Assembly: GCA_965238005.1 (NCBI GenBank)
Contig: OZ250165.1
Coordinates: forward strand, 3,552,001-3,616,000
Direction of reading: 5' to 3'
DNA from: Longimicrobiales bacterium
GTDB taxonomy: Bacteria > Gemmatimonadota > Gemmatimonadetes > Longimicrobiales > Gaopeijiaceae
Length of the DNA: 64,000 nt
Below the pieces are notes generated by a model, which worked only from the letters and a program-made list of their open reading frames with translations, was not told the origin of the DNA and made no database searches. The translations under genes were made by a program, and so were the position numbers. Shown one piece after another: positions 38,082 to 47,238 of the stretch. Each line of letters starts with the position of its first letter. Position 1 is the first letter of the stretch.

Positions 38082-39911
38082 CTCCCGCCGCATTGCGTCC
38101 GCGAGCTGCTGGTGGAAGTCGGGATACATCAGCCGATCCGGATGAACCTTGTCCAGGTCCTCCAGCCGAAGCCACTGTGCGGCGAACCTGGTGCCCAGGG
38201 CCTCAGAACGGGGATCGGCCAGCATACGACGCACCTGCTCTTCGAGGCCTCCCTCATCGGACAGCTCACCGCGACCGGCGGCGTCCACCAGCTCCTCGTC
38301 CGGCGGCGCGCCCCAGAGGAAGAACGACAGGCGCGACGCCAGGTCCACGTCGCCTATGCGGTAACTCTCGCCGAGCTCGAAGTCCTCCGGAGGCTCCTCG
38401 AATCGGAACACGAAGTCGGGACTCGCAAGGATCGCCTGGAGGGCCATCCCGATCCCCACCTCGAAACCGCCGTCCTCCGCGCCGACCTGGTAGAAGGACC
38501 TCAGAGCGGCGAGGTCGCGTTCGGTCAGGGGTCGCCGATACGCCTGGGCTCCCAACCTGGAGATGATCTCCTCCTCGCACGCCGGCTCCTCCTCGGGTGA
38601 AGTCGGGCGACAGGTGAAGATCTTCCTCCTACTGGGCGTCTCCGAGACGCCCGTGGGGTTGTGAGGACCCTTCACCACCAGGTCCTTCAGGTGCGCGAGG
38701 GCGGTGATCCCGTAGCCGCCGACCCCGATCTGCCGATCCGCCAACGACCACTCGTGAGGCGACATGAGGTCGTCGACGGGGCCCTCGGACTGTCGGATGA
38801 AAGCTGCGGAGACCCGCTGCGGTCCGGCCCGCACGAAGATCGGCTCCGTCTCCATGATGACGCCGTTGGGGTCCGACACGCTCATCCAGCGATCGACCTC
38901 GAGCAGCGCCATCCGCTCGCCGTTGATGGACACCTCGACCTGCTCGTCCCTCGCGACCCGGCCGTAGAATCCCCCGGTGGTCGTGTGCTCGTACGCCATC
39001 TTGAAGACGTACTCACCGTCGGCCGGGAAGTTGTGGATCACCGAGATACCGCCCCGCGTCCCGCGGGGGGCGCCCTCCACCCGATCCCACTGGGTGGCAT
39101 AGCCCGGGTTCGTGTAGGTCGTGGAGGTCGGGATGGCGTCGGGGTCGCCGATGGCCAGCCGGGTGATGTCGCTCGCCGCCCGGAGGTAGGCGTCCATCAA
39201 CGTAGCCGACAGCATCTGGACATCGGCGATGTTGTCGAAGTTGGCGCTCTTCGTGTCGAGCGGAAGGTAGTCGCCGGCGTCGATGTCGAGGTCCAGAAGG
39301 TCCTGGATCGAGCGGGCGTACTCGGCCCGGTTGAGCCGCTGGAAGGGCCGGCTGCCCGGATTGGGGTCCCGGGCGGCGGCCTCGTCGATGAGGGTCTCCA
39401 GGGTCTCGACCAGCGCCAGGAGCGTGTCGGGGCTCGGTCGTGGCGCACCGGGGAGCGGCATCATGCCCGCCCGGAGCTTCACGATCATCTTCTCCGCCGT
39501 CTCGGCCATCTCGGGGGCCCGCGCCACATCGAATTCCGACAGCGTGAGGTTTCCCGTGAGCATCACGTCGTTGTGGCAAACGACGCAGTACTGCTTGACG
39601 ACGGCGGTGAGCGAGTCGGCCGGTATGCTGGGTGCGCGACCGTCCCATGAGGCGGACGCGGTCACGCCCTCTGGAAGTTCGGGCCCAGGTCCACGAACCG
39701 ACGGATCGGCGTAGGCCGTCAGATATCGCTGGAGGACCGCGGTCATGGAGGCGGACGACGACGCGTCGCCGCCGTGAACCACAGTGGCCTCCCATGTGGT
39801 CGCCAAAGGCGAAGCCGCCTGCACCGCCTGCGACCACGCGGTCCTCGGGAGAGCCGCTAGGCTCACGAGGATAAGCAGGGTTCGCGCCGCCGACGCGCGG
39901 AGTGTGTTCAT
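37098..39911 (-). CDS. DUF1587/1592/1588/1585-type heme-c protein (copy B); 3' end reads into DUF1552
   Basis: CVVCH and CSSCH heme motifs; RLNRAEY; LASRLSFFLW..PD; TSPVLRGKW; DPIGLALDNFD. Confidence 0.9.
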   Translation of the reverse strand: MNTLRASAARTLLILVSLAALPRTAWSQAVQAASPLATTWEATVVHGGDASSSASMTAVLQRYLTAYADPSVRGPGPELPEGVTASASWDGRAPSIPADSLTAVVKQYCVVCHNDVMLTGNLTLSEFDVARAPEMAETAEKMIVKLRAGMMPLPGAPRPSPDTLLALVETLETLIDEAAARDPNPGSRPFQRLNRAEYARSIQDLLDLDIDAGDYLPLDTKSANFDNIADVQMLSATLMDAYLRAASDITRLAIGDPDAIPTSTTYTNPGYATQWDRVEGAPRGTRGGISVIHNFPADGEYVFKMAYEHTTTGGFYGRVARDEQVEVSINGERMALLEVDRWMSVSDPNGVIMETEPIFVRAGPQRVSAAFIRQSEGPVDDLMSPHEWSLADRQIGVGGYGITALAHLKDLVVKGPHNPTGVSETPSRRKIFTCRPTSPEEEPACEEEIISRLGAQAYRRPLTERDLAALRSFYQVGAEDGGFEVGIGMALQAILASPDFVFRFEEPPEDFELGESYRIGDVDLASRLSFFLWGAPPDEELVDAAGRGELSDEGGLEEQVRRMLADPRSEALGTRFAAQWLRLEDLDKVHPDRLMYPDFHQQLADAMRRETELFFYSLVREDRSIFDLFSADYTYVNERLARHYGIPGITGTHFRRVELADDRRRGLLGHGSVLTLTSHAGRTSPVLRGKWVMEVLLGTPPPPPPPGVPDLEQTKGSEGGRMLTTRERMEMHRSNPVCSSCHKFMDPIGLALDNFDVTGKWRIRENGMPLDTRGELYDGTPVTSPRDLRQALLRRPIPLVRTFTENLMAYALGRRIEYYDKPTVRAIARDAEENDYRMSSFILGVVKSPAFRMSRAERPAERRVAIHRIEEAVDGVHHRQAHIAARGPEGLGRDGGVALPRCHGPGREALGPGGRIRSDRRHTFGGHRNGAWCGGCE

Positions 39912-40014
39912 CGGCCCCTTCGTGAGCGGTGAACCGTCAACATAGGCCGTCTACCATAGGCCCTCTCGGCCGGCGCCCGCGAGCCTCCAACTCTCCCGTC
40001 GGACTTCGAAAGCC

Positions 40015-41796
40015 TCAGCATGATACGCAGTTGTGGTTGTTCTTGGCGCCCAGGCTCTCCAGCAGCTTCACCGTCTCGGGGAACGGCTGGATGCGCTGCA
40101 CCGGACCGTTTGCCATGTCGACGGTCGTCTGCCCCCGACGGCTTACAGCCATGACGTCGGCGCCCTGCTCCACCAGGTAGCGGATCAGCTCGTTGTCACC
40201 CCTGGCGGCGGCGTGATGGACGGCGTTGTAGCCGTTGTGGTCCCTGGCGTTCACGTCGGCCCCGTGCTCCTCCACGAGGTACTTCACCGTGGGCAGCCAG
40301 CCATCCAAGACGTGACGGTGGGAGTTGCCGGCAAACCCCTCGCCATACCCCACGCCCGAGGCCGCATGGATCGGCCACGCTCCCGGCCCACCCATCGGAA
40401 CCGGTGGCAGCCCGGAGAGGTCCTCACCCCCGCTCCGACGACCACGCTCGGGTATCTTCGTGGTCGGGACGTTCGGGTCGGCGCCGTACGCCACCAGCAG
40501 GCGCATCGCCTCGACGTCCAGGGCGAAGGCGGCCCGCCAGAACGGCGTCGCCCCGGCCCGGGTCACCCTCAACAGATCGTTGTTGTAGGTCGTGTACCAT
40601 AGCGGCTTCTCGAGCCGCACCTTGGGGTCCACTCCCGCATCGAGGAGGGCCCTCATCACCTCCAGGTAGGTCGCCTGCTGCTGCATGTAGTCCGTCGTCT
40701 GCGGATGCCGCGACTTGGGCGCCCAGTGCATGTTCAGCACGGCGTAGAGGGGCGTCGCCCCAGCGTCACTGGCCAGGCTGGGGTCCGCGCCCCGCTCCAA
40801 CAGGAGCATCACCAGATCGAAGTGACCGTTGATGGCGGCGATGAGCATGGGGCTCGTGTGGTCCGCCGCGCTCACCCGGTTGATATCCGCACCTGCCTCG
40901 ACCAGAGCCAGCGACGCTTCCTTGTGACCCTCCCGAGCCGCCAGGAGGAGGGCCGTGAGGCCGCCGTGGCTGCCCACCAGACCCGCGTACGAGAGGGGAT
41001 CGATCTCCGTCGTCCCCCGCAGCTCCACCTCCTGGGGCAGTTGGCGTCCGCCAGGCGGCTGTTCGCCCGCCTGGGGCGGGTATCCCGGCGCCGCACCGCG
41101 CTCGGGGTGTGGCCCTTGGTTGTCCCGGCCCCGTGGATCCTGCGCGTCCCTGACTGCCGCCAACCTCCGGTTCCGGCGGCTGCGATCGACCCGATCCTCC
41201 TCTTCACGAACCTTGATGTCCACTACCTTCGCCGCAATGGCCGGGTCCGCACCGCCCTCGATGAGCGCGTGAATCGCGTCCACCCGGTTGGACGCCGCTC
41301 CGAACATGAGAGGTGTCTGGCCCCACTGGGACTCCCTGGCGTTCACTTCCGCGCCGTGCTCCAAGAGGACCGCAACCGCCCCGGCGCTCCCCGCCGCCCC
41401 GGCGAAGTGGAGTGCCGTGGCTTCCCCTGTACTGGTTCGGGCACCGGGATCAGAACCGGCTGAGAGCAGAGCTTCCACCACGGATGGGTGCCCTGCTTTG
41501 CTCGCCAGGTGGAGTGGGGCGTAGTCACCGATCCGCGTCACCGCACCGAGGTTGGCGCCGGCGTAGATCAGCATCTCGGCCAACTCCAGGTGGCCGGTCT
41601 CAGCCGCCCAGTGCAGAGCCGTCATGCCGTCGCCCTGGGCCGCGTTCACGTCGGCACCTCGTCGAAGCAGCGTGCGCACCGCCTCCAGGTCGCCTCTCAT
41701 GGCCGCATCGGCCACGGGGGAGTCGGAGACGCTCATCCAGATCAGTGCTGTCAGGCAGAGCGCGCCCACCACGTTCACTCGGAGCGTATATCTCAT
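40015..41796 (-). CDS. Exported ankyrin-repeat protein (cassette copy A)
   Basis: Paralogue of 34047-35897; ends NCVSC. Confidence 0.9.
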   Translation of the reverse strand: MRYTLRVNVVGALCLTALIWMSVSDSPVADAAMRGDLEAVRTLLRRGADVNAAQGDGMTALHWAAETGHLELAEMLIYAGANLGAVTRIGDYAPLHLASKAGHPSVVEALLSAGSDPGARTSTGEATALHFAGAAGSAGAVAVLLEHGAEVNARESQWGQTPLMFGAASNRVDAIHALIEGGADPAIAAKVVDIKVREEEDRVDRSRRNRRLAAVRDAQDPRGRDNQGPHPERGAAPGYPPQAGEQPPGGRQLPQEVELRGTTEIDPLSYAGLVGSHGGLTALLLAAREGHKEASLALVEAGADINRVSAADHTSPMLIAAINGHFDLVMLLLERGADPSLASDAGATPLYAVLNMHWAPKSRHPQTTDYMQQQATYLEVMRALLDAGVDPKVRLEKPLWYTTYNNDLLRVTRAGATPFWRAAFALDVEAMRLLVAYGADPNVPTTKIPERGRRSGGEDLSGLPPVPMGGPGAWPIHAASGVGYGEGFAGNSHRHVLDGWLPTVKYLVEEHGADVNARDHNGYNAVHHAAARGDNELIRYLVEQGADVMAVSRRGQTTVDMANGPVQRIQPFPETVKLLESLGAKNNHNCVSC

Positions 41797-43190
41797 CAGA
41801 CCGTCAGCGAGAAGTCGCCCGTGCTGTCCCCGAAGCTCTCGATGTCGTCGAGGCCCAGCCTGTGCATCAGCGTAAGCATCACGTTCGCCATGGGCGTCCC
41901 CGGAGCGGCTCTCAGATGCATCTTGCCCTCGAGCCGGCCGTTGGCTCCACCCACCACGAAGAGCGGACAGCGCTTGTGGTTGTGGACGTTGGGGTCGCCC
42001 ATGGGGGACCCGTAGATGACCATGGTCTTGTCGAGCAGAGACTGGTCGCCCTCCATGGTGCTCTGCAGCTTCTCGAGGAAGTACGGGATCAAGCTGACGT
42101 GGTACCGGTTGATGACGGCGAACTCCTCGATGGCGCTCTCGTTCCCGCCGTGGTGGGACGCAGGATGGAAGGGCTTGTCCGTACCGCTCTCCGGGTAGAC
42201 CCGGCTCGAGGCGTCCCGCCCCATCTTGAATGAGAAGACCCGTGTCATGTCCGACTGGAAGGCCAGCACCTGAAGGTCGAACATGAGCTTCACGTGCTCA
42301 TCGAAGGCATCGGGCACGCCGGCCGGCGCCTCAGGCAGCTCGCGGAGCTCACCGCTCAGGTTGTACACTTCGACCCGCTGGATCCGGCGCTCGATCTCGC
42401 GGATGTCCTCCAGGTAACGGTCCATCCGGACACGGTCACCGGCGCTGAGCTCTCTCTTGAGATCCGCCACCTCGTCGGTGATCCAGTCGAGGATGCTCCG
42501 GCTCGTGCGCCTCCGGGCCGCCCGCTCCTCGGCGCTCCCACCGGCCCCGAAGAGCTGGTCGAACGCGACCCGGGGATCCCGGATCATGGGAAGCGGCTCC
42601 GTGGGAGCGGCCCAGCTGATGGTGTCCGTGTAGACGCAGGCGTAGCCGTAGGCGCATCCCCCTGCCTGGTCCACGTTCTCGATGCAGAGCTGCATGGACG
42701 GGATGGGCGTGTCCTGGCCGAACCTCCGGGCGTAGAACTGGTCCAGAGACATGCCCACGGCGACGTCGGAGCTCTCGGTCTGCTTCGGATGGGCCTGGGT
42801 GAGGAAGGTCGCGCTGGAGCGGAAGTGGTCGCCCCCGATCTCCTTCGCCTGAAACGCCTCGGCGTTCCTGACGTCGGTGTCGCTGACGATGGTCAGGTAG
42901 TCGCGGAAGGGCTCCATGGAGCTCAGGCTCGTGGGGCTCAGGTCGAAGTCCCGACCCACCGCCGCCGGCGACCACAGGTTCTTGGAGGCGCCGTACTCAC
43001 TCGCACCCGCCGCACCATGCACCATTTCGATGGCCACCAAACGTGTGGCGTCGGTCACTGCGGATCCGCCCGCCTGGGCCCAGAGCCTCCCGGCCGGGAC
43101 CATGGCATCGAGGAAGGGCAACGCCACCGTCGCGCCCAAGCCCCTCAGGACCTCGCGCCGCGATATGTGCTTGCCTGTGATGAACTCCAT
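41796..43190 (-). CDS. DUF1552 family protein, Tat signal (copy A)
   Basis: Same length (464 aa) and motifs as copy B. Confidence 0.9.
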   Translation of the reverse strand: MEFITGKHISRREVLRGLGATVALPFLDAMVPAGRLWAQAGGSAVTDATRLVAIEMVHGAAGASEYGASKNLWSPAAVGRDFDLSPTSLSSMEPFRDYLTIVSDTDVRNAEAFQAKEIGGDHFRSSATFLTQAHPKQTESSDVAVGMSLDQFYARRFGQDTPIPSMQLCIENVDQAGGCAYGYACVYTDTISWAAPTEPLPMIRDPRVAFDQLFGAGGSAEERAARRRTSRSILDWITDEVADLKRELSAGDRVRMDRYLEDIREIERRIQRVEVYNLSGELRELPEAPAGVPDAFDEHVKLMFDLQVLAFQSDMTRVFSFKMGRDASSRVYPESGTDKPFHPASHHGGNESAIEEFAVINRYHVSLIPYFLEKLQSTMEGDQSLLDKTMVIYGSPMGDPNVHNHKRCPLFVVGGANGRLEGKMHLRAAPGTPMANVMLTLMHRLGLDDIESFGDSTGDFSLTV

Positions 43191-43980
43191 CTACTGCCTC
43201 CTCGATGCGATGTATTGCGACTCTACGCTCCGCCGGCCTCTCCGCCCGGCTCATCCGGAACGCCGGGCTCTTCACGATTCCCAGAATGAACGACGACATG
43301 CGGTAGTCGTTCTCCTCGGCGTCCCTGACGATGGCCCGGACGGTCGGCTTGTCGTAGTACTCGATCCGACGGCCGAGGGCATAGGCCATGAGGTTCTCCG
43401 TGAACGTCCTGACCAGCGGGATGGGACGCCGAAGCAGGGCCTGCCGCAGGTCCCTGGGACTCGTCACGGGGGTGCCGTCGTACAGCTCACCTCGTGTGTC
43501 CAGCGGCATCCCGTTTTCTCTGATGCGCCACTTGCCGGTCACGTCGAAGTTGTCCAGGGCCAGACCGATGGGGTCCATGAACTTGTGGCAGGAGCTGCAC
43601 ACCGGATTCGAGCGGTGCATCTCCATCCGCTCCCTCGTGGTGAGCATCCGGCCGCCCTCGGACCCCTTGGTCTGCTCCAGATCGGGCACGCCGGGCGGGG
43701 GCGGGGGGGGCGGGGTGCCCAGGAGGACCTCCATGACCCATTTCCCCCTCAGCACCGGTGAAGTCCGGCCGGCGTGGGAGGTGAGAGTGAGAACGCTCCC
43801 GTGACCCAGCAAGCCCCTCCGCCGATCGTCGGCCAGCTCGACCCTGCGGAAGTGGGTCCCGGTGATGCCGGGAATGCCGTAGTGCCTGGCCAGGCGCTCG
43901 TTCACGTAGGTGTAGTCGGCGCTGAAGAGGTCGAAGATGCTCCGATCTTCTCGGACGAGGCTGTAGAAGAAGAGCTCCGT
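42943..43980. repeat. Near-identical 1.04-kb repeat, copy 2
   Basis: Matches 37044-38081. Confidence 0.9.
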
Positions 43981-45762
43981 TTCCCGGCGCATGGCCTCTT
44001 TGAGCTGCTGGTCGAAGCCGGGATACAGCCGGACGTCGGGGTGGATCTTCTCGAGGTCCTGGAGGCGGAGCCACTGGCCGGCGAACCGCGTGCCCAACGC
44101 CTCGGAGCGCGGATCGGCGAGCATGCGGCGGACCTGCTCTTCGAGACGTGCGGGATCCGAGAGATCACCCCGAGACGCCACGGCCATGAGCTCCTCGTCG
44201 GGCGGCGTGCCCCAGAGGAAAAACGACACACGTGAGGCGAGATCCTGGTCGTTGATCCAGTAGTCTTCGCCCGGCGCGACCCCAGGTGTGGGCTCCTCGA
44301 AGCGGAAGACGAAGTGGGGGCTGGCGAGGATCGCCTCCAGGCCCGTACGGATTCCGACCTCGAAGCCGCCCGCCGTCGCTCCCATCTCGTAGAACGACAT
44401 CAGGTCGCCCAGATTGTCCGCAGTGAGTGCCCTGCGGTACGCCTGGGTGCCGAGTCTGGTGACGATCTCTTCGGCGCAGCTCTTCTCTTCTCCCGGCGAC
44501 GTCGGACGGCACGTGAAGATCTTCCGCCGGCTCGGCGTCTCCGAGACACCCGTGGGGTTGTGCGGCCCGTTGATGGCCAGATCCCTCAGGTGCGGCAGAC
44601 TCGTGAATCCGTAGGCGTCGGCGATGCTGGTACTCGCCAGTGACCATTCGTGAGGAGAGACCAGGTCCTGGAGCGGCCCCTCCAAGCGTCTGATGAATGC
44701 CGCGGAGACCCTGTGGGGGCCCGCACGCACCGGAATGGGGCCCGTCCGCATGTTTACGCCGTCGGGGTCCGAACGGTGCATCCACCGGTCGATCTCCAGG
44801 AGCGCCACGCGCTCCCCGTCGATGGAGATCTCGAGCTGCTCCGGCACCTCGGCGGTGTGCAGCGCCGCTCTGCCGCTGCCATAGAGAGCGCCGGTGGTCT
44901 CATGGTGGAAGGAGACCCGGAACAGGTACTCGCCGTCCGCCGGGAAGTTGTGCACCACCGAGATTCCGCCGCGGGTCCCATGGGGGGCACTCTCCGCCCG
45001 CTCCGTCTGGGAGTTCCAGCGTGAGACCTTGAAGGTGGCCTCGCTGGCCGACGCGTCCGGATTGCCCACCGCCAGGCGGCTGATCTCGCTGGCCGCGGCC
45101 AGGTAGGCGTTCATGAGAGTGGGAGAGAGCAGCTGCACATCGGCGATGTTGTCGAAGTTCGCGCTCTTCGTGTCCAGCGGCAGGTAGGCTCCCGCCTCCA
45201 CGTCCAGCGTCAGCAGATCCCGGATCGACGCCGAGTACTCCGCACGGTTGAGCCGCTGGAACGTACGGTGGCCCGGATTCGGGGCTTCGGCAGCCGCCTC
45301 GTCGATGAGCGTCTCGAGGGTTTCGACCAGGGCGAGAAGGGTGTCGGGACTCGGACGGGGGGCGCCCGGAATGGGCATCATGCCCGCCCGGAGCTTCACG
45401 ATCATCTTCTCCGCCGTCTCGGCCATCTCGGGGGCCCGCGCCACATCGAATTCCGACAGCGTGAGGTTTCCCGTGAGCATCACGTCGTTGTGGCAAACGA
45501 CGCAGTACTGCTTGACGACGGCGGTGAGCGAGTCGGCGGGAATCGTGGGGGCTGAGCTGGCCGTCAGGACGGGTAGAGGGCCAGGGGCGGGGCCTCGCAA
45601 CGACGGACTCGCATAGGCCGCCAGGTACCCTTGGAGCGCCGCGTCGAGAGCGCCGTCCGAGGAGGAGCCGCCCGGCACGCCCTGCGACCACGCCGCGCAG
45701 GGGTGGGCTAGACCCACCAGCGCGATCAGGATCGGAAATGGCGGCGCTCGGAGTCTCCTCAT
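42997..45762 (-). CDS. DUF1587/1592/1588/1585-type heme-c protein (copy A); 3' end reads into DUF1552
   Basis: CVVCH, CSSCH, RLNRAEY, TSPVLRGKW. Start is ATG 45762 or GTG 45783. Confidence 0.9.
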   Translation of the reverse strand: MRRLRAPPFPILIALVGLAHPCAAWSQGVPGGSSSDGALDAALQGYLAAYASPSLRGPAPGPLPVLTASSAPTIPADSLTAVVKQYCVVCHNDVMLTGNLTLSEFDVARAPEMAETAEKMIVKLRAGMMPIPGAPRPSPDTLLALVETLETLIDEAAAEAPNPGHRTFQRLNRAEYSASIRDLLTLDVEAGAYLPLDTKSANFDNIADVQLLSPTLMNAYLAAASEISRLAVGNPDASASEATFKVSRWNSQTERAESAPHGTRGGISVVHNFPADGEYLFRVSFHHETTGALYGSGRAALHTAEVPEQLEISIDGERVALLEIDRWMHRSDPDGVNMRTGPIPVRAGPHRVSAAFIRRLEGPLQDLVSPHEWSLASTSIADAYGFTSLPHLRDLAINGPHNPTGVSETPSRRKIFTCRPTSPGEEKSCAEEIVTRLGTQAYRRALTADNLGDLMSFYEMGATAGGFEVGIRTGLEAILASPHFVFRFEEPTPGVAPGEDYWINDQDLASRVSFFLWGTPPDEELMAVASRGDLSDPARLEEQVRRMLADPRSEALGTRFAGQWLRLQDLEKIHPDVRLYPGFDQQLKEAMRRETELFFYSLVREDRSIFDLFSADYTYVNERLARHYGIPGITGTHFRRVELADDRRRGLLGHGSVLTLTSHAGRTSPVLRGKWVMEVLLGTPPPPPPPGVPDLEQTKGSEGGRMLTTRERMEMHRSNPVCSSCHKFMDPIGLALDNFDVTGKWRIRENGMPLDTRGELYDGTPVTSPRDLRQALLRRPIPLVRTFTENLMAYALGRRIEYYDKPTVRAIVRDAEENDYRMSSFILGIVKSPAFRMSRAERPAERRVAIHRIEEAVDGVHHRQAHIAARGPEGLGRDGGVALPRCHGPGREALGPGGRIRSDRRHTFGGHRNGAWCGGCE

Positions 45763-45842
45763 TCTCGGCCTCTCGAAAGGCACGGGAGTGTCCCGGTGTC
45801 CCCCGGGCCTTTAGGGCTGTTGTGACTACGCCTACGCGGGCT

Positions 45843-46754
45843 CTATGGCTTCTCGGACTTCGATCCGGACATGGCCACGTGGATGGCCTTCACCGTGGCG
45901 TCCACGCGGAACTGCATCAGCCTGTGGCCTACTTCCAGCGCCTGGTTTATCGGGGCGATGCTCAGGCCGTTTATGGTGGCCTCGCCCGCTTCGACACGCT
46001 GGTGGTACCGGACCGCCTCGGGATCCGTCACCATCATCAGGGACGTAATGAAGAAGTCGTCGTGGTGCCCGTCGTTGACGGTCTGCACGTAACCCAGTTC
46101 GTCCTCCATGTATCTCTCGACGTCGCCGTAGTTGTAGTACTCGGGAATGTAGTAGGCCGTTGCACCGCTTCCGGCCCAGCGCTCGTTCAGCGCGGCGGCG
46201 GCGGCCTCCAACCCACGCTGATTCCCTCCGCTGTCCCCGATGAGGATGACGTCGGTGAAGCCCTGGCTCTTCAGGCTGTTGCCGACGTCCTCGAGAACCA
46301 TCCGGAAGGTCTCCTCCCGCAGGCTCAGGGTTCCCGGATATCGAATGTTCTCCGGGTCGCCTTCGGGGACGAGCTTGAGGACCGGCGTGCAGAGCGCGTT
46401 CCCCAGCTTTCTGGCGATAGCGTTGCACGCACCCTCGAGCACGTAGTTGTGCTTGCCGGTGGCGAGGTAGGGACCGTTCTGCTCGACGCCTCCCGTGGGG
46501 ATGATGGCCGCGGTCTTCCCGCCCGCGATCTCGTCACGGACCTCCAGCCACGTGAGCTCGTCAATCCACACCGAGTTCAGGGCCTCGATGGGGCGAGGCA
46601 TCTGCATCATCTCCTGGGCTTCTCGCTCACGCTCCGCCTGGCGGCGAGCCTGCTCCACGGGACTCATGTTGCTCCGGTTCTGAAGCGCTGCCGAGGGAGC
46701 CGCGAATCCCGTGATCAACGCCATCGTCACAACAGCAATACTTGCTCTGCTCAT
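45843..46754 (-). CDS. Creatininase-family protein with signal peptide
   Basis: ELTWLEV, IIPTGGVEQNGPYL, YPGTLSL, GDSGGN; AGGAGG RBS before ATG 46754. Confidence 0.85.
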   Translation of the reverse strand: MSRASIAVVTMALITGFAAPSAALQNRSNMSPVEQARRQAEREREAQEMMQMPRPIEALNSVWIDELTWLEVRDEIAGGKTAAIIPTGGVEQNGPYLATGKHNYVLEGACNAIARKLGNALCTPVLKLVPEGDPENIRYPGTLSLREETFRMVLEDVGNSLKSQGFTDVILIGDSGGNQRGLEAAAAALNERWAGSGATAYYIPEYYNYGDVERYMEDELGYVQTVNDGHHDDFFITSLMMVTDPEAVRYHQRVEAGEATINGLSIAPINQALEVGHRLMQFRVDATVKAIHVAMSGSKSEKP

Positions 46755-47103
46755 GGTGCCCCCTCCTGGCCTAAAGAACGATCGACAGCACGACACGCCG
46801 AGATTGAGGCCCCTACCCGGGCGAGGCCCTGGAGCGACCCGACGTTCACCGTGAAATTAGCAAACAGACCGCGCTACCGCTAACAGTTTTTGTTCTTTGG
46901 GAGCGGGCGGGTGTGGATCTCGCTGGAGGAAGCAGTTGGCCACACGCCCATTCGATCCGGGCGTCGCGAACCGAAGCGACCGTCGACGACACGCGCTGGC
47001 GCACCAGGGATGGGGCGACCATTATCGGGGGGTGCCGCGAGATCGCCTCTTGATCACAAGGCATTCGCAGCCACATCGAGGACAAGCAGCGGTGGAGGAA
47101 GCA

Positions 47104-47238
47104 ATGAGCTCGCTCGGCAGATTACCCGGATGGATCCTTGCCACCGGCTCCTTGGCCCTCGTGTGGGGGGCAGGGGGCGGATGTGTCGGGGTCGACGCTA
47201 GGGGGCTTCCGAACCCAAGAGAAAGTAGCGAGAGATGA
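47104..47238 (+). CDS. Small ORF (44 aa) with signal-like segment; possibly a collapsed gene
   Basis: GGAGG plus ATG 47104, MSSLGRLPGWILATGSLALVWGAGGGC...; its stop overlaps the next start (ATGA). Confidence 0.4.
   Translation: MSSLGRLPGWILATGSLALVWGAGGGCVGVDARGLPNPRESSER

Noticed and set aside
37044..45537. Diversity-generating retroelement template/variable repeat pair
   Set aside because: No reverse transcriptase is in the window, and the repeats are long coding paralogue tracts with too few differences for adenine-specific mutagenesis.
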